A DNA stretch of 64,000 nt from positions 33,046,001-33,110,000 of the forward strand of contig OX597840.1 of NCBI GenBank assembly GCA_951406725.2, in the 5' to 3' direction. Source of the DNA: Octopus vulgaris. Its lineage: Eukaryota. The notes beneath the pieces are model-generated. The model was not told the origin of the DNA, searched no databases, and worked only from the letters and a program-made list of their open reading frames with translations. Made by a program: the position numbers and the translations under genes. Shown piece after piece: positions 41,458-53,792 of the stretch (positions within the stretch are counted from its first letter, which is position 1; each line of letters opens with the position of its first letter).

Positions 41458-42245
41458 TTTTCATGGTCATTCACGATTGAAGAGGGACTTTACCCTTACC
41501 CTTTTATACTATTATGATTTAAAATAGTTTGACTCGGCTCTATGTATCTTAAGGTTTCGTGGGCTTCTTTATAGTAACTATGCTCGTTCTGTTGATTAAA
41601 CTTGGGCTTCTTTGTTCTATGAGGTTCAGTACGATCTTCAAGGTTAAGCATACTTGCGATATGGTAAATCTGCCTAGCGTAGGATAACAAAACAAAACAT
41701 GAGGTATACAGTTATACTATGTTACGTACATTTCATTAACACAAAGGATTATTGCTTACATAATGCCGATTACATAACCAACACATACTGTCAAATCATC
41801 AGAGATGTGTAACTTATTGCATGTAATATATTTGGGGGAAAATGATAGAAATCACCATCGTGGGGATAATTTGCGACTGGCTTTACTCAAAATGCTAATA
41901 AAAGGACAGTATATAGATGTCAGAAGGTAAATAAAATGTTAGCATAGTACAGACAGGGGTGAGACCGACAGGGGAAAGAATGTTATCAGACCGTCTGTAA
42001 AATAGACGCTGTCACTTTCTGACAGATTTATTGCCTCTTCTTATCTGTTCCTTTCCCTTTGATGCACGTTAAGCTTAGATTGTCATAAAACTTGTCGACG
42101 GGCGGGTGTTGTCTGCTTAAGTATGCGTCAATAGAAGAACGTAATTACACATGGATTTTTTAAATATCGGTTATTTGTCAAGAAGTTTACGGTTTAAATT
42201 GCACTGTATATATGTATATATGGTGCAGCTTAAGTTTTAAATTGC

Positions 42246-42315
<70 letters not shown>

Positions 42316-42373
42316 TATATATATATGAGGGATGACCACATATTATGTATATATACATATGTGTGTGTATGTA

Positions 42374-42677
42374 GGCGCAATGGTCCAGTGGTTAGGGCAG
42401 CGGACTCGCGGTCGGAGGATCGCGGTTTCGATTCCCAGTACGGGCGTTGTGTGTGTTTATTGAGCGAAAATATCTAAAGCTCCACGAGGCTCCGGCAGGG
42501 GGTGGTGGCGATCCCTGCTGTACTCTTTCGCCCCAACTTTCTCTCACTCTCTCTTCCTGTTTCATGAGTAACGCTGCGATGGACAGGCGTCCCATCCAGC
42601 TGGGGTGGGGCGAACACGTACTCCACAAAAACCGGGAGACCGGGCCCATGAGCCTGGCTAGGTTTGAAAAGAGCACA
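42374..42677 (+). mobile_element. tRNA-derived SINE, family C, full length
   Basis: GGCGCAATGGTCCAGTGG (A box) and GGTTTCGATTCCC (B box); tail GAGCCTGGCTAGG..GAAAAGAGCACAT. Confidence 0.88.
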
Positions 42678-43110
42678 TAATATACATACATACATACATA
42701 CATACTTACATATATATATATATATATATATATATAAGGGGGATGACCACTATGTGGTCATCCATTATGCTAGATGATATTTATATATTTATGTATCTGA
42801 GGTTGACTTTTCGGGGTCGATAAATTAAGTACCAGTTACGCACTGGGGTCGATGTAATCGACTTAATTCCTATGTCTGTCCTTGTTTGTCCCCTCTATGT
42901 TTAGCCCCTTGTGGGTAATAAAGAAACATTTATGTATGTATGTATGTATGTATGTATGTATGTATGTATGTATGCATGTATGTATGTATGTATGTATGTA
43001 TGTATGTATGTATGTATACATGCATGCATGTTTGCATGGATGTATGTATGTTTGTATATATGCATGTATGCATGCATGTATGTATGCATGTACATGTGTA
43101 TGTATGTATG

Positions 43111-43142
<32 letters not shown>

Positions 43143-43167
43143 TGTACGTATGTGTGTATGTATGTAT

Positions 43168-43319
43168 GGGATGGCTGTGCCTTAAGAAGCTTGCTTCCCA
43201 ACCGCATGGTTCTAGGTTCAGTCTCATTGTGTGCCGATCAAAACCTTGTGAGTGGATCTGGAAGACGGAAACTGAAAGAAGCCCGTATATATAGGTGTGC
43301 GTGTGTATGTGTGTATGTT

Positions 43320-43350
<31 letters not shown>

Positions 43351-44104
43351 GTATCTTTGAGACTGTGTTAGGTCCTCACCACTGCGTGCTAGGTATCTGT
43401 ATTTGTCCCACACCACCACTACTTGACAACCAGTGCTGATGTATTTAAGGCCCCGTAACCTAGCAGTTCGACAAAAGAGACCGCTAGAATGCGTACCAGG
43501 CTTTAAAAAAATAAGTACTGTGGCTGATACATTCGGCTAATAATTCTTCAAGGCAGAACTTAGCGGTTCGGCAAAAGAGACCGATAGAATAAGTACTAGG
43601 CTTCCAAAGAATAAGACCTGGGGTCGATTCGCTCGACTAAGGGCGGTGCTCCAGCATGGCCACAGTCTAATGATAGAAACAAGTAAAAAGTAAAAGAATG
43701 AACCGATACTCTTTTACTCTCTTTTACTTGTTTCAGTCATTTGACTGCGGCCATGCTGGAGCACCGTCCTTAGTCGAGCAAATCGACCCCAGGATTTATT
43801 CTTTGGAAGCCTAGTACTTATTCTATAGGTTCTCTTTTGCTGAACCGCTAAGTGACGGGAACGTAAACACACCAGCATTGGTTGTCAAGCGATGTTGGTG
43901 GGGGGACAAACACAGACACACAAACATATACACACACATACATACATATATACGACGGGCTTCTTTCAGTTTCCGTCTACCAAATCCACTCACAAGGCTT
44001 TGGTCGGCCCGAGGCTATAGTAGAAGACACTTGCCCAAAGTGCCACGCAGTGGGACTGAACCCGGAACCATGTGGTTGGTAAACAAGCTACTTACCACAT
44101 AGCC
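43168..44104. mobile_element. Cluster of SINE A copies (diverged +, 3' fragment +, near-full -)
   Basis: Family A sequence; tail-to-tail junction at ~43700. Confidence 0.85.
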
Positions 44105-44451
44105 GCATCTATGTTAAGAAAATGCTTCGTGAATATACCATTTTCATAAGTGGGACATCTGCAATATCTTGAGATTTTAAATTGATTTTGATCACTAAGA
44201 TTACGTGAAGATGGTGCCCTAACTGACCATGTGTGAGCACAGTGGTAAGGCGATAAATGCCACATGGCGATAAACAATTGATAAGAAATTCCCTATCGGG
44301 CCTGCATTCGTCTGGCCTGATAGGGAACTAACCGCAACCTCAAGACAAGCACAAATCTGCATCGGGTGGCGGTACTTTGATACGGGGCAAACAGCCAAGT
44401 GTGTTTTGCATCAACACCAGTAATTGCACACACACGCACACACACACACAG

Positions 44452-44508
<57 letters not shown>

Positions 44509-44515
44509 TACATAC

Positions 44516-44600
<85 letters not shown>

Positions 44601-44761
44601 CGTATTTTTGCCATTTCAATATGGCTAACCCCTAAGGGTGGATGCTACTGTAGTTTTTAGCCCCAGGAGGACACACTCCTCCAGCTGGCCATAGACACAC
44701 TTTCTGTGTCCTGTCAGTATTTGCAAAGGGAAGTCATCCTTCCCGTCTTCAACTTATGATA

Positions 44762-44806
44762 CACACGGACTCGAGTTTCGAGGTATTGACCTCTCGTCAG
44801 CGTGTG
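44762..44806 (-). ncRNA. Type I hammerhead ribozyme, canonical core
   Basis: Minus strand CACACG-CTGACGA-GAGGT-caat-ACCTC-GAAAC-TCGA-GTC-CGTGTG: 6-bp stem I, 5-bp stem II, palindromic stem III, GUC cleavage site. Confidence 0.93.
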
Positions 44807-45114
44807 ACAATCATAGTTGTCGCCGAGAATTAGATTTCCTTCACAAATACTTATACTTTTTCCAGCGTCCACTGTCGCTGATATTGAAAAAGTGAAATCA
44901 AACAATTATAAATATCAAAGTGAGTTATATACAGTAGCGGTAACACATCGTGACGTATTTTTGCCATTTCAATATGGCTAACCCCTAAGGGTGGATGCTA
45001 CTGTAGTTTTTAGCCCCAGGAGGACACACTCCTCCAGCTGGCCATAGACACACTTTCTGTGTCCTGTCAGTATTTGCAAAGGGAAGTCATCCTTCCCGTC
45101 TTCAACTTATGATA

Positions 45115-45159
45115 CACACGGACTCGAGTTTCGAGGTATTGACCTCTCGTCAGCGTGTG
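45115..45159 (-). ncRNA. Type I hammerhead ribozyme, second identical copy
   Basis: Same sequence as 44762-44806, offset by 353 bp. Confidence 0.93.
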
Positions 45160-45233
45160 ACAATCATAGTTGTCGCCGAGAATTAGATTTCCTTCACAAA
45201 TACTTATACTTTTTCCACTTATACTTATACTTT

Positions 45234-45266
<33 letters not shown>

Positions 45267-45270
45267 TCTT

Positions 45271-45543
45271 AGGGTAGCAAGAATATTTATCGAAAAATTC
45301 TTAGTTACCAGTGGTCTAGCGAAAAAGAAAAAAATTAGTCAATAGACTATACATTATTCAGAGAAGAATACAGTGTACGTTGAAACACAAAAGAGATACC
45401 CGAAGAATAGGATATCCGACTCTCTTTTGTGTTTGAATGTACACTATATTCTTCTCTGAATAATATAGTCTATTGACTAATTTTTTCTTTCTCGCTAGAC
45501 CACTGGTAACTAAGAATCTTTCTATGAATATTCTTGCTACCTT
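45271..45543. repeat. Inverted repeat (about 125-bp arms), PLE-type fold-back
   Basis: 45271-45395 is reverse-complementary to 45421-45543; the loop region recurs inverted at ~45732-45767. Confidence 0.8.
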
Positions 45544-45764
45544 ATAGCTCCATGTCTATGTGTTCAGTCTTGGCAACCTACTGAGGAAGCAGCGCCAGAT
45601 ATAGACTGAAATTATCTTATTTCAATCTGTATTTAAGTCTACAGAAACCTTTCAGGGTCTAGTTTTTATTTTTCAATCAATTTCGAAATTACAACAATTA
45701 GTGGCTTGGAGTTTTAACTGCTCTTTCTAGCGAGTCAGATATCCTATTCTTCGGGTATCTCTTT

Positions 45765-45802
<38 letters not shown>

Positions 45803-45887
45803 TAGAGATAAGAAAGTTGGTTTGTGAAAGCACGTGGTTGAATATATAGAAAATAGTAAAAAGTGAAAAAACTACAGAAAACGACGT

Positions 45888-45927
45888 AAGAAATTTGAAA
45901 AGCTAAACGTGAAACCGGTCATTTCTT
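45888..45927 (+). ncRNA. Minimal hammerhead, U3-A8 variant, homologous to the PLE 3' region at 22554
   Basis: AAGAAAT-TTGAAAA-GCTAAACGT-GAAAC-CG-GTC-ATTTCTT: 7-bp stem I, very short stem II. Confidence 0.6.
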
Positions 45928-46107
45928 CTAAACTATGTCATTGTAAGAAAAAAAATTATAATATTCGTCAGATGTATTGACTCAAATATATATTTTTTAA
46001 CCTTTTAAAACTAGCCTTCTGTAGTTTTTTCACTTCTTACTATTTTCTATATATATATATATATATATAACAAAGTAAAGTTGTAAGATACCGCACGAGT
46101 GGGAATA

Positions 46108-46278
46108 TATATGAAAGAAGGTTTGAAAATGCAATTTGAAAAGATGTTTATTCACTTCACCGGTTTCACTTTTTTAGAAAAAGATCGTCAAAAATAAAAT
46201 GTAAACCTTTGTATAAGCTTTGTTGTGTTAAGTCCTGGTTGTCACAAATTATTACAATACATATATATACATTCTTTG

Positions 46279-46368
<90 letters not shown>

Positions 46369-46638
46369 GTGTTAAAACAGTTTACAAGGAAAATTCTCAA
46401 GATTTTTCCTTGTAAACTGTTTTAACATTCTTCTTATTATTATCAAAGAATGTATATATGTATTGTAATAACGTATATATATGTATTGTAAGAATGTATA
46501 TATGTATTGTACTTAACACAACAAAGCCTTTACACAGCTTTTATATTTTACTTCTGAGAATCTCTTTTGTAAAAAAGTGAAACCGGTCGAGTGAATAAAC
46601 ATCTTTTAAAATTGCATTTTCAAACCTTCTTTCATATA
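46108..46638. repeat. Long imperfect palindrome with a hammerhead-like motif in each arm
   Basis: Arms reverse-complementary around ~46398; motifs at 46151-46192 (-) and 46547-46595 (+). Confidence 0.8.
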
Positions 46639-46646
46639 TATATATA

Positions 46647-47019
46647 CTCTCTTTACTCTCTCTTACTTGTTTCAGCCATTTGACTGTGGCCATGCTGGAG
46701 CACCACCTTTAGTCGAGCAAATCGACCCCAGGACTTATTCCTTGTACTTATTCTATCTGACCCTTTTGCCGAACCGCTAAGTTACGGGGACCTAAACACA
46801 CCACCATCGGTTGGCAAGTGATGTTGGGGGGGACAAACACAGACACACAAACACACACATACATATATATATATGCATATATATATATCCATATATACGA
46901 CGGGCTTCTTTCAGTTTCCGTCTACCAAATCCACTTGCCCAAGATGCCACGCAGTGGGACTGAACCCGGAACCATGTGGCTGGTTAGCAAGCTACTTACC
47001 ACACAGCCACTCCTGCGCC
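46647..47019 (-). mobile_element. SINE family A with internal deletions
   Basis: Sequence identity to family A. Confidence 0.88.
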
Positions 47020-47300
47020 TATGTGTGTGTTTATATGTGTAAGTATATATATGGACATATCTAAATGTGTGCTTGTGCTCGTGAACCACCATCGCTAGAC
47101 CACCGCTGTTGGTTTGTTTACGTCTCCGTAAGCTAACGGATCAGGTAAAGACACCGATAGAACGTGTACCAGATTTTAAAAAGTCAAGTACTGCGGTCGA
47201 CTAAATCGTTCAAGGTGATGCCCCAGCTTGGTCGCAGTCCAATGACTGAAATATGTAAAAGATAAGATTTAAAAGATAATAAATAAATATTTAATAAATA

Positions 47301-47475
47301 GGCGCAGGAGTGGCTGTGTGGTAAGTAGCTTGCTAACCAGCCACATGGTTCCGGGTTCAGTCCCACTGCGTGGCATCTTGGGCAAGTGTCTTCTACTGTA
47401 GCCTCGGACCGACCAAAGCCTTGTGAGTGGATTTGGTAGACGGAAACTGAAAGAAGCCTGTCGTATATATGTATG

Positions 47476-47529
<54 letters not shown>

Positions 47530-47742
47530 TGTGTCTGTGTTTGTCCCTCTAGCATTGCTTGACAACCGATGCTGGTGTGTTTATATGCCCGTAACTTAGC
47601 GGTTCGGCAAAAGGGACCGATAGAATAAGTACTGGGCTTACAAAGAATAAGTCCCGGGGTCGATTTGCTCGATTAAAGGCGGTGCTCCAGCATGGCCGCA
47701 GTCAAATGACTGAAACAAGTAAAAGAGTAAAAGTGTAAAGAG
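47301..47742 (+). mobile_element. SINE family A, full length
   Basis: Sequence identity to family A. Confidence 0.9.
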
Positions 47743-47752
47743 TATTTATAAA

Positions 47753-48608
47753 CTAGCAGCTAAGCTCGGTTTCACCCGGTCTGTTTGGATGATGTGGCGG
47801 TGATCGTTTTTGATTAGGCATAATCTATAACAGTAGATCCCCTCGGGTCCCCTGTTTCGGTTGGAGCCTCCAGCTATATGAAAATTTCCTGACCCCACCC
47901 CGTCAGAGGGAAATTCCATTAGAAAACGTTTTAATCGATTTTCTCGGTAAGTATGGGGGCTATGAAAAAAATACAAACTGCATTCCAATCTATGCACCCG
48001 TCTCCACATGTCTGCCATTTTTCACGGAAATCCACCCGGCCGTTTGGCTGTGAACCTCAAGACAAGGAAGAATACAACGATTGACTATGTCCAATTTATA
48101 TCTTTATATATAAAAGTGAAGTTGAGTGAGTGTCTGTCTCCGACGATTTAGATTCCTAACTACTCCCACATTTTGCGGTGCAGTTTAACCAAAACCGGGT
48201 ATCTTATAGTCGTGATTCATATTGAGCCCTTCTGGGTATTAGCGCGCGTCTACGATGAGTCTACGATTTTAAAAATAATTTACCATCACTTTTTCCATTT
48301 TAATGCATTTTTTCGCTATTATATAAGGGAAGTAACTCTCTAAAAATGTCTACGATGAGTCAACGATTAAAAAAAAAATTTACCATCATTTCTTTCCATT
48401 TTAATGCATTTTTTCGCTATTATATACGGGAAGTAACTCTCTAAAAATGTCTACGATGAGTCAACGATTAAAAAAAAAATTTACCATCATTTTTTCCCAT
48501 TTTTAATGCATATTTTTGCTATTTTTTGGCTATAACTCTCTAAAAATGCTTATATAGTTATTTCCCTTACAAACCCGAGCAACGCCGGGCGATACTGCTA
48601 GTTATAGA
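47753..48608 (-). mobile_element. Outer non-autonomous Helitron-like element
   Basis: Minus strand 5' A|TCTATAA (48608) and 3' GC-rich segment CCGGGTGAAACCGAG..GCTGCTAG|T (47753). Confidence 0.65.
48101..48601 (+). mobile_element. Inner non-autonomous Helitron-like element with ~100-bp internal tandem repeats
   Basis: A|TCTTTATATATAAAAG start; subterminal hairpin CCCGAGCAACGCCGGG then CTGCTAG|T; no TSD. Confidence 0.8.
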
Positions 48609-49020
48609 TAAATAGATTAGCCCCAGAACCCAGAAAACAAGCAAATATTTAAACATAACCCATGCAACCTTAAACAGTAAAATTACCTTTTGAGAGTAAT
48701 TTGCAGAATTCGCAGTAACGCTTGTACCACACCCATGGCCCAATAATGACTTGATATAATGAACATACATTGCAACAGCGAGTAATTTGCTCTCGTTTGA
48801 CATTTCGCCAGAAATCAGCTGACGAAAGCTACAGAAGAAATATGGGAAGAAAACGGAACGAGACATTTGGGCGCGGCTGTTTAGGCGCTGATGAACTGGC
48901 TCGGCTAACTGGACATTCAACCTATTTTGCCGTCGGCACGTTTTTGAGACGGTGACATTATACCACAGTACTCATGTATGTATGTTTGTATGTATGTATG
49001 TATGTATGTATGTATGTATG

Positions 49021-49176
<156 letters not shown>

Positions 49177-49197
49177 GTTACAATTACTCAATAGTCA

Positions 49198-49260
49198 AGA
49201 TAAAACTCTGAGTTTCAGATGCCGAAGTGGAAATCCACAACACCATCTCTTCGGTTATCT
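49198..49260 (-). ncRNA. Hammerhead-like motif 3' of the second PLE (U4C variant, extended stem II)
   Basis: AGATAA-CCGAAGA-GATG...CATC-T-GAAAC-TCAGA-GTT-TTATCT: 6-bp stem I. Confidence 0.65.
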
Positions 49261-50059
49261 GGCCACCTGAAAAAATGCTATGAAAAAATACCGTTTTATA
49301 AAGGGAAATTACTGGGTAATAATTCTGCTACTTATATAAAATAAGATTAAAATTTCATAGTAAAACACGTAAATATGGCTAGTCATACGCTCACATGTGC
49401 GCTCGCGGACCCACGTGCGTACTTATACGTCACTATGAAAACGTACACATCTTCACTCGCATTTTTCGCCAAATATATACGCATATATATCAAACTCATA
49501 CACACACACATGTGTACTGTAAAAGTTCATACATACGTCTATATACGCACAAGCACAAGAAAAACCATGGTTAAAGGTAACAGAAAAAAACACATAAGGA
49601 AGTATACAAAGCATAAAAACCACGTTCATATGCGGACATGCCCTTATGCACTCATACACACACACGCCCATATATGTACATACCCGCACATGTTTATATA
49701 CGCATACATACACACGCATATACGAAAAATGAATATACATATGCACCCCCCCCCAAAAAAAACCCCTAAAAAATGGAAAAATACTAAGTAAAAACGTCTA
49801 TATATATATATATATGCATTCTTATGCCTGCACACATGCACACATCTAAAACTGCCCACTCATACATATACACCCATTGTACAAATGAATCTATATACAC
49901 GTCTATAAAGGCACAGGAAAAAATGCAGGATAGAAGAGTACAGAAAAAATTATTATGTGTGAAAATATAAAAATATATGAAATAATAAAAGGTATAATGA
50001 GATAAAAAAACTTTTTGGGACATAATATAGAAAGCAAGTTCTATCTGTTTTCTTTAGGG

Positions 50060-50545
50060 GACCAAAAACGTAACAAAAATTTTGTCACGTATGGACATGA
50101 TCCGAAAAGTTCTGTCCTTGTGTTTAGACATGTAGTAGGGTCTAAGCTGCTTTTCTAGATAAGCCATCTCTCCATGTCGCATAGACCGCACTTTCCGCTG
50201 CCGTTGGTATAGGGCTTACATTTGGCCAAAATCTTCCAATGGATGTTATAATCGACACCTTTATCTTTTAAAGACCAAATATGATTAGGTAATTGTGTCG
50301 CTTTTCTTTTGTTCCAGTGCCTAAAGCTCAAAGTGTGGTTATTGAACCTGGCCTTGAAATTACCCTCTGTAAGGCCCACGTATTTCTTCGTCGAAACGGT
50401 GTCTTTAGTGGTTATAGAGTTCACGGTAGCTTCATAGATGATGGTCTTGGACATGCAAGCTCCATTTAGCGGGCACAATTCTTTATTCCTGCATGAACAG
50501 CTGTTTTCTTGTGGTTTTTGTGTGTTATGTTTGATTATATTTTTA
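50060..50545 (-). pseudogene. Penelope-like element GIY-YIG endonuclease fragment
   Basis: CSCRNKELCPLNGAC..IIYEATV...KKYVGLTEGNFKARFNNHTLSF...HIWSLK...WKIL...CGLCDMERWLI. Confidence 0.9.
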
Positions 50546-50901
50546 AAATCAGAGATAGCAGATATGGAATGAAATAAGGCGGCGACTGCTCTCCTTCTTC
50601 CATCACATCCGTCTGACCAAATCGATATCTTCTCCAGCAGCAACCTTGTGTAGAGTTCGTTCGATGGAGTTGGAATATTCCATTGTAAAGGATCTATAAA
50701 TCTATTTGCGGCGAGGTTTTGATGACTATGTAGAGCGCATCCTGGGGCTTCTTTTCAGTTTCCGTGTACCAAATCCACTCACAAGTCTCATGAAACTATA
50801 GTAGAGGACATTTGCACAATGTGGTACGCATTAGTACTGAACATGAAATCATGAGGTTGGAAAACAAGATTTTTACCACAAAGCCATGCCTGCTTTCATA
50901 T

Positions 50902-50948
<47 letters not shown>

Positions 50949-51127
50949 GTGTAATTGAGATTAAAGTCCCAATTTGAAACAGAAACAGCAGAAAAAACAG
51001 AACCCATTACGCTTAATAAACCTAAGCTGCCATGCCATTGCGAGCCGTTCGGTATTTTTCCGTCTGATGGAGGGAATTTTTGCAATTATGGGAAAATTAC
51101 GTAACACATTAAATTAATAACCGGCAC

Positions 51128-51214
<87 letters not shown>

Positions 51215-51288
51215 TATATATATATATAATATTTATATATATATGTATGTATATATATATACATATATTATATACATATATGTATATG

Positions 51289-51350
<62 letters not shown>

Positions 51351-51491
51351 ACGTGAATAATATGAGCTGGAGCTTAATTTAGTAAATTGTGGCAGGAAAG
51401 GCGTATATAACTATATATATATGTGTGTATGTGTATGTGTGTGTGTGTATGTTTTTGTCGCTCCCCCTCTCTTTCGATTTATATATATATT

Positions 51492-51569
<78 letters not shown>

Positions 51570-51751
51570 CATTCATACATACATACATGCATGTATATAC
51601 ACACACGTATGTGTGTGGGCGTGTGTGTGTGTGTGTGGAATGAGAAATAGTAAGTCCCTGGTAGAGCACTGCGTATTCGAAAAAAACTTTATAGGACTTT
51701 TTTTCGTCTTTGATAATTAGATGTTTGTAAACCGTATGGCATACGATCCAT

Positions 51752-51847
<96 letters not shown>

Positions 51848-52196
51848 TCAAACATATGATTTTGCTGGATTGCATTCCACAAGCTTAATAAATTATCCCG
51901 GAAATTTCAGCTTGTACAAACGGTTTCCTGTGAGGAAAATTTTCCACTCAAACGCATTCCATTCCATTACCCGATATTTTGCAGGCGTTTGAACTGAGGA
52001 CGCATACATTTGTGACCGAGGGTGATGACCACTGACCATTAAGAACAATATGACTGACTCTGCTCGTGACCAATGAGCTCGGCCCTTGTTACATGCAAAT
52101 ACTGCAGAATATGAATGTGGTCTTTACACAGGAAATTTTTGCAATTATGGGAAAATTACGTAACACATTAAATTAATAACCGGCATATACATACAT

Positions 52197-52277
<81 letters not shown>

Positions 52278-52349
52278 CCCCCCATCGACAATAACTCCAG
52301 CCCCCAAGGACAATTATCCCTTGGGACAACAGATGATGATTTAAGACTT

Positions 52350-52845
52350 CTTATCAGGTATTTGCCATATTCTGAATGCCTTACTTCCTTGGGCATGGAT
52401 ACATTGAAACTCCAACGTCAGGCAGCTGACTTGGCAGACACCCATAAAATTATTAACCATCTTACAAACAATAACCCTGAGCACCTTTTCAAACTCCACC
52501 TGTCTAACACCCGTGGACATGTTTACAAAGTCAAAAAACTGCACAGCTCCTTCCATGACTTTAGGAAATATTTTTTCACGCTGAGAGTTGCTGAAGCATG
52601 GAACAAACTGCCGGCATCAGTTGTTAGTTGTCGGAGCACTGCATCCTTCAAAACTTCCATGCTTCCTGAGATCCGCCAACACTACACCTGATTTTCTCCC
52701 CTCCATACACACGCAAGCATGTATTTGACTCATACACTGTTCACTTCTCAGACATTTGTACATTACTGCACATACTTTATATGCACTTTTGACAAGTTGT
52801 GGTGCACCTGAGCACTGTATACAATAATTTCAATATTATTATTAA
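52350..52845 (+). mobile_element. CR1-like LINE 3' fragment (different family from 10315-10735)
   Basis: LPYSECLTSLGMDTLKLQR..ADL..NTRGH..FFTLRVAEAWNKLP; (TAT)n tail at ~52835. Confidence 0.88.
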
Positions 52846-53189
52846 TCTATTGGATAGGGTGTAATCAACCAAGGGAGCTAATTGCCCCGGGGTAGTTGTC
52901 GTTGGGGGGATCGGAATTGTCCTATGGGGGTAATTGTCCTGATACGCATACTTACATACAGACAGATATATAGACAGACAGACTCATACATACATATACG
53001 TCGTAAATGCATATATGCATACATGCGCATGTCGTACATACATAGGTACGAACATATAAGTATACACGCACATACACACATATAAACACACACATACACA
53101 CACACACACACGCACGCACACACACATACACACAGTCACACATACGCACACGCACGGATGTACACGCACAACCACGCATATATATGTGT

Positions 53190-53224
<35 letters not shown>

Positions 53225-53792
53225 TTAATCTTTCATCCACTACTTGACGGCCGTTGTTGGTTTGTTTACGCCTTCGTAACTGTGCGATTCGGCCTGAAAC
53301 TACTACTTACTCTTTTACTTGTTTCTGTCATGTGACTGCGGCCATGCTGGAGTACTGCTTTTAATCGAGGAAATCGACCCCAGGACTTACTCTTTGTAAG
53401 CCTAGTACTTATTCTATCTGACTCTTTTGCCGAACCGCTAAGTTACGGGGACTTAAACACACCAGCATCGGTTGTCAAGCGATGTTGGGGTGGACAAACA
53501 CAGATACATAAACATATACATACACATACACATACATATAGATATATATGTCTTAACCAGTGTCTCAATCGCCGCAACACTAATTCGCATCCCTGCATTG
53601 CAGCACTCGGCAGCGAATCCATTCAGTGCAGACCGGAGATTCCATGAGAATTCTCTCGCGAATGCAAGCGGCCGAAACGGGGTTCTTCTGAAGGATATTT
53701 AGACGGTACGCGACAGGGTCCGTAACTTGCAGATCAGGGGTTCTCTCCAGATCGAGTTACTTCTTCGCATTTAAAGGTCACATCTCCGACAC

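Larger units (their letters stand above)
44597..45217 (-). mobile_element. Retrozyme-like tandem element, 353-bp period (about 1.76 units), inserted in (TA)n
   Basis: 44597-44864 appears identical to 44950-45217; each repeat carries a hammerhead; no meaningful ORF. Confidence 0.8.

Noticed and set aside
45578-45705. Possible hammerhead with a very long stem II starting at CTGAGGA
   Set aside because: No consistent stem I and stem III register found
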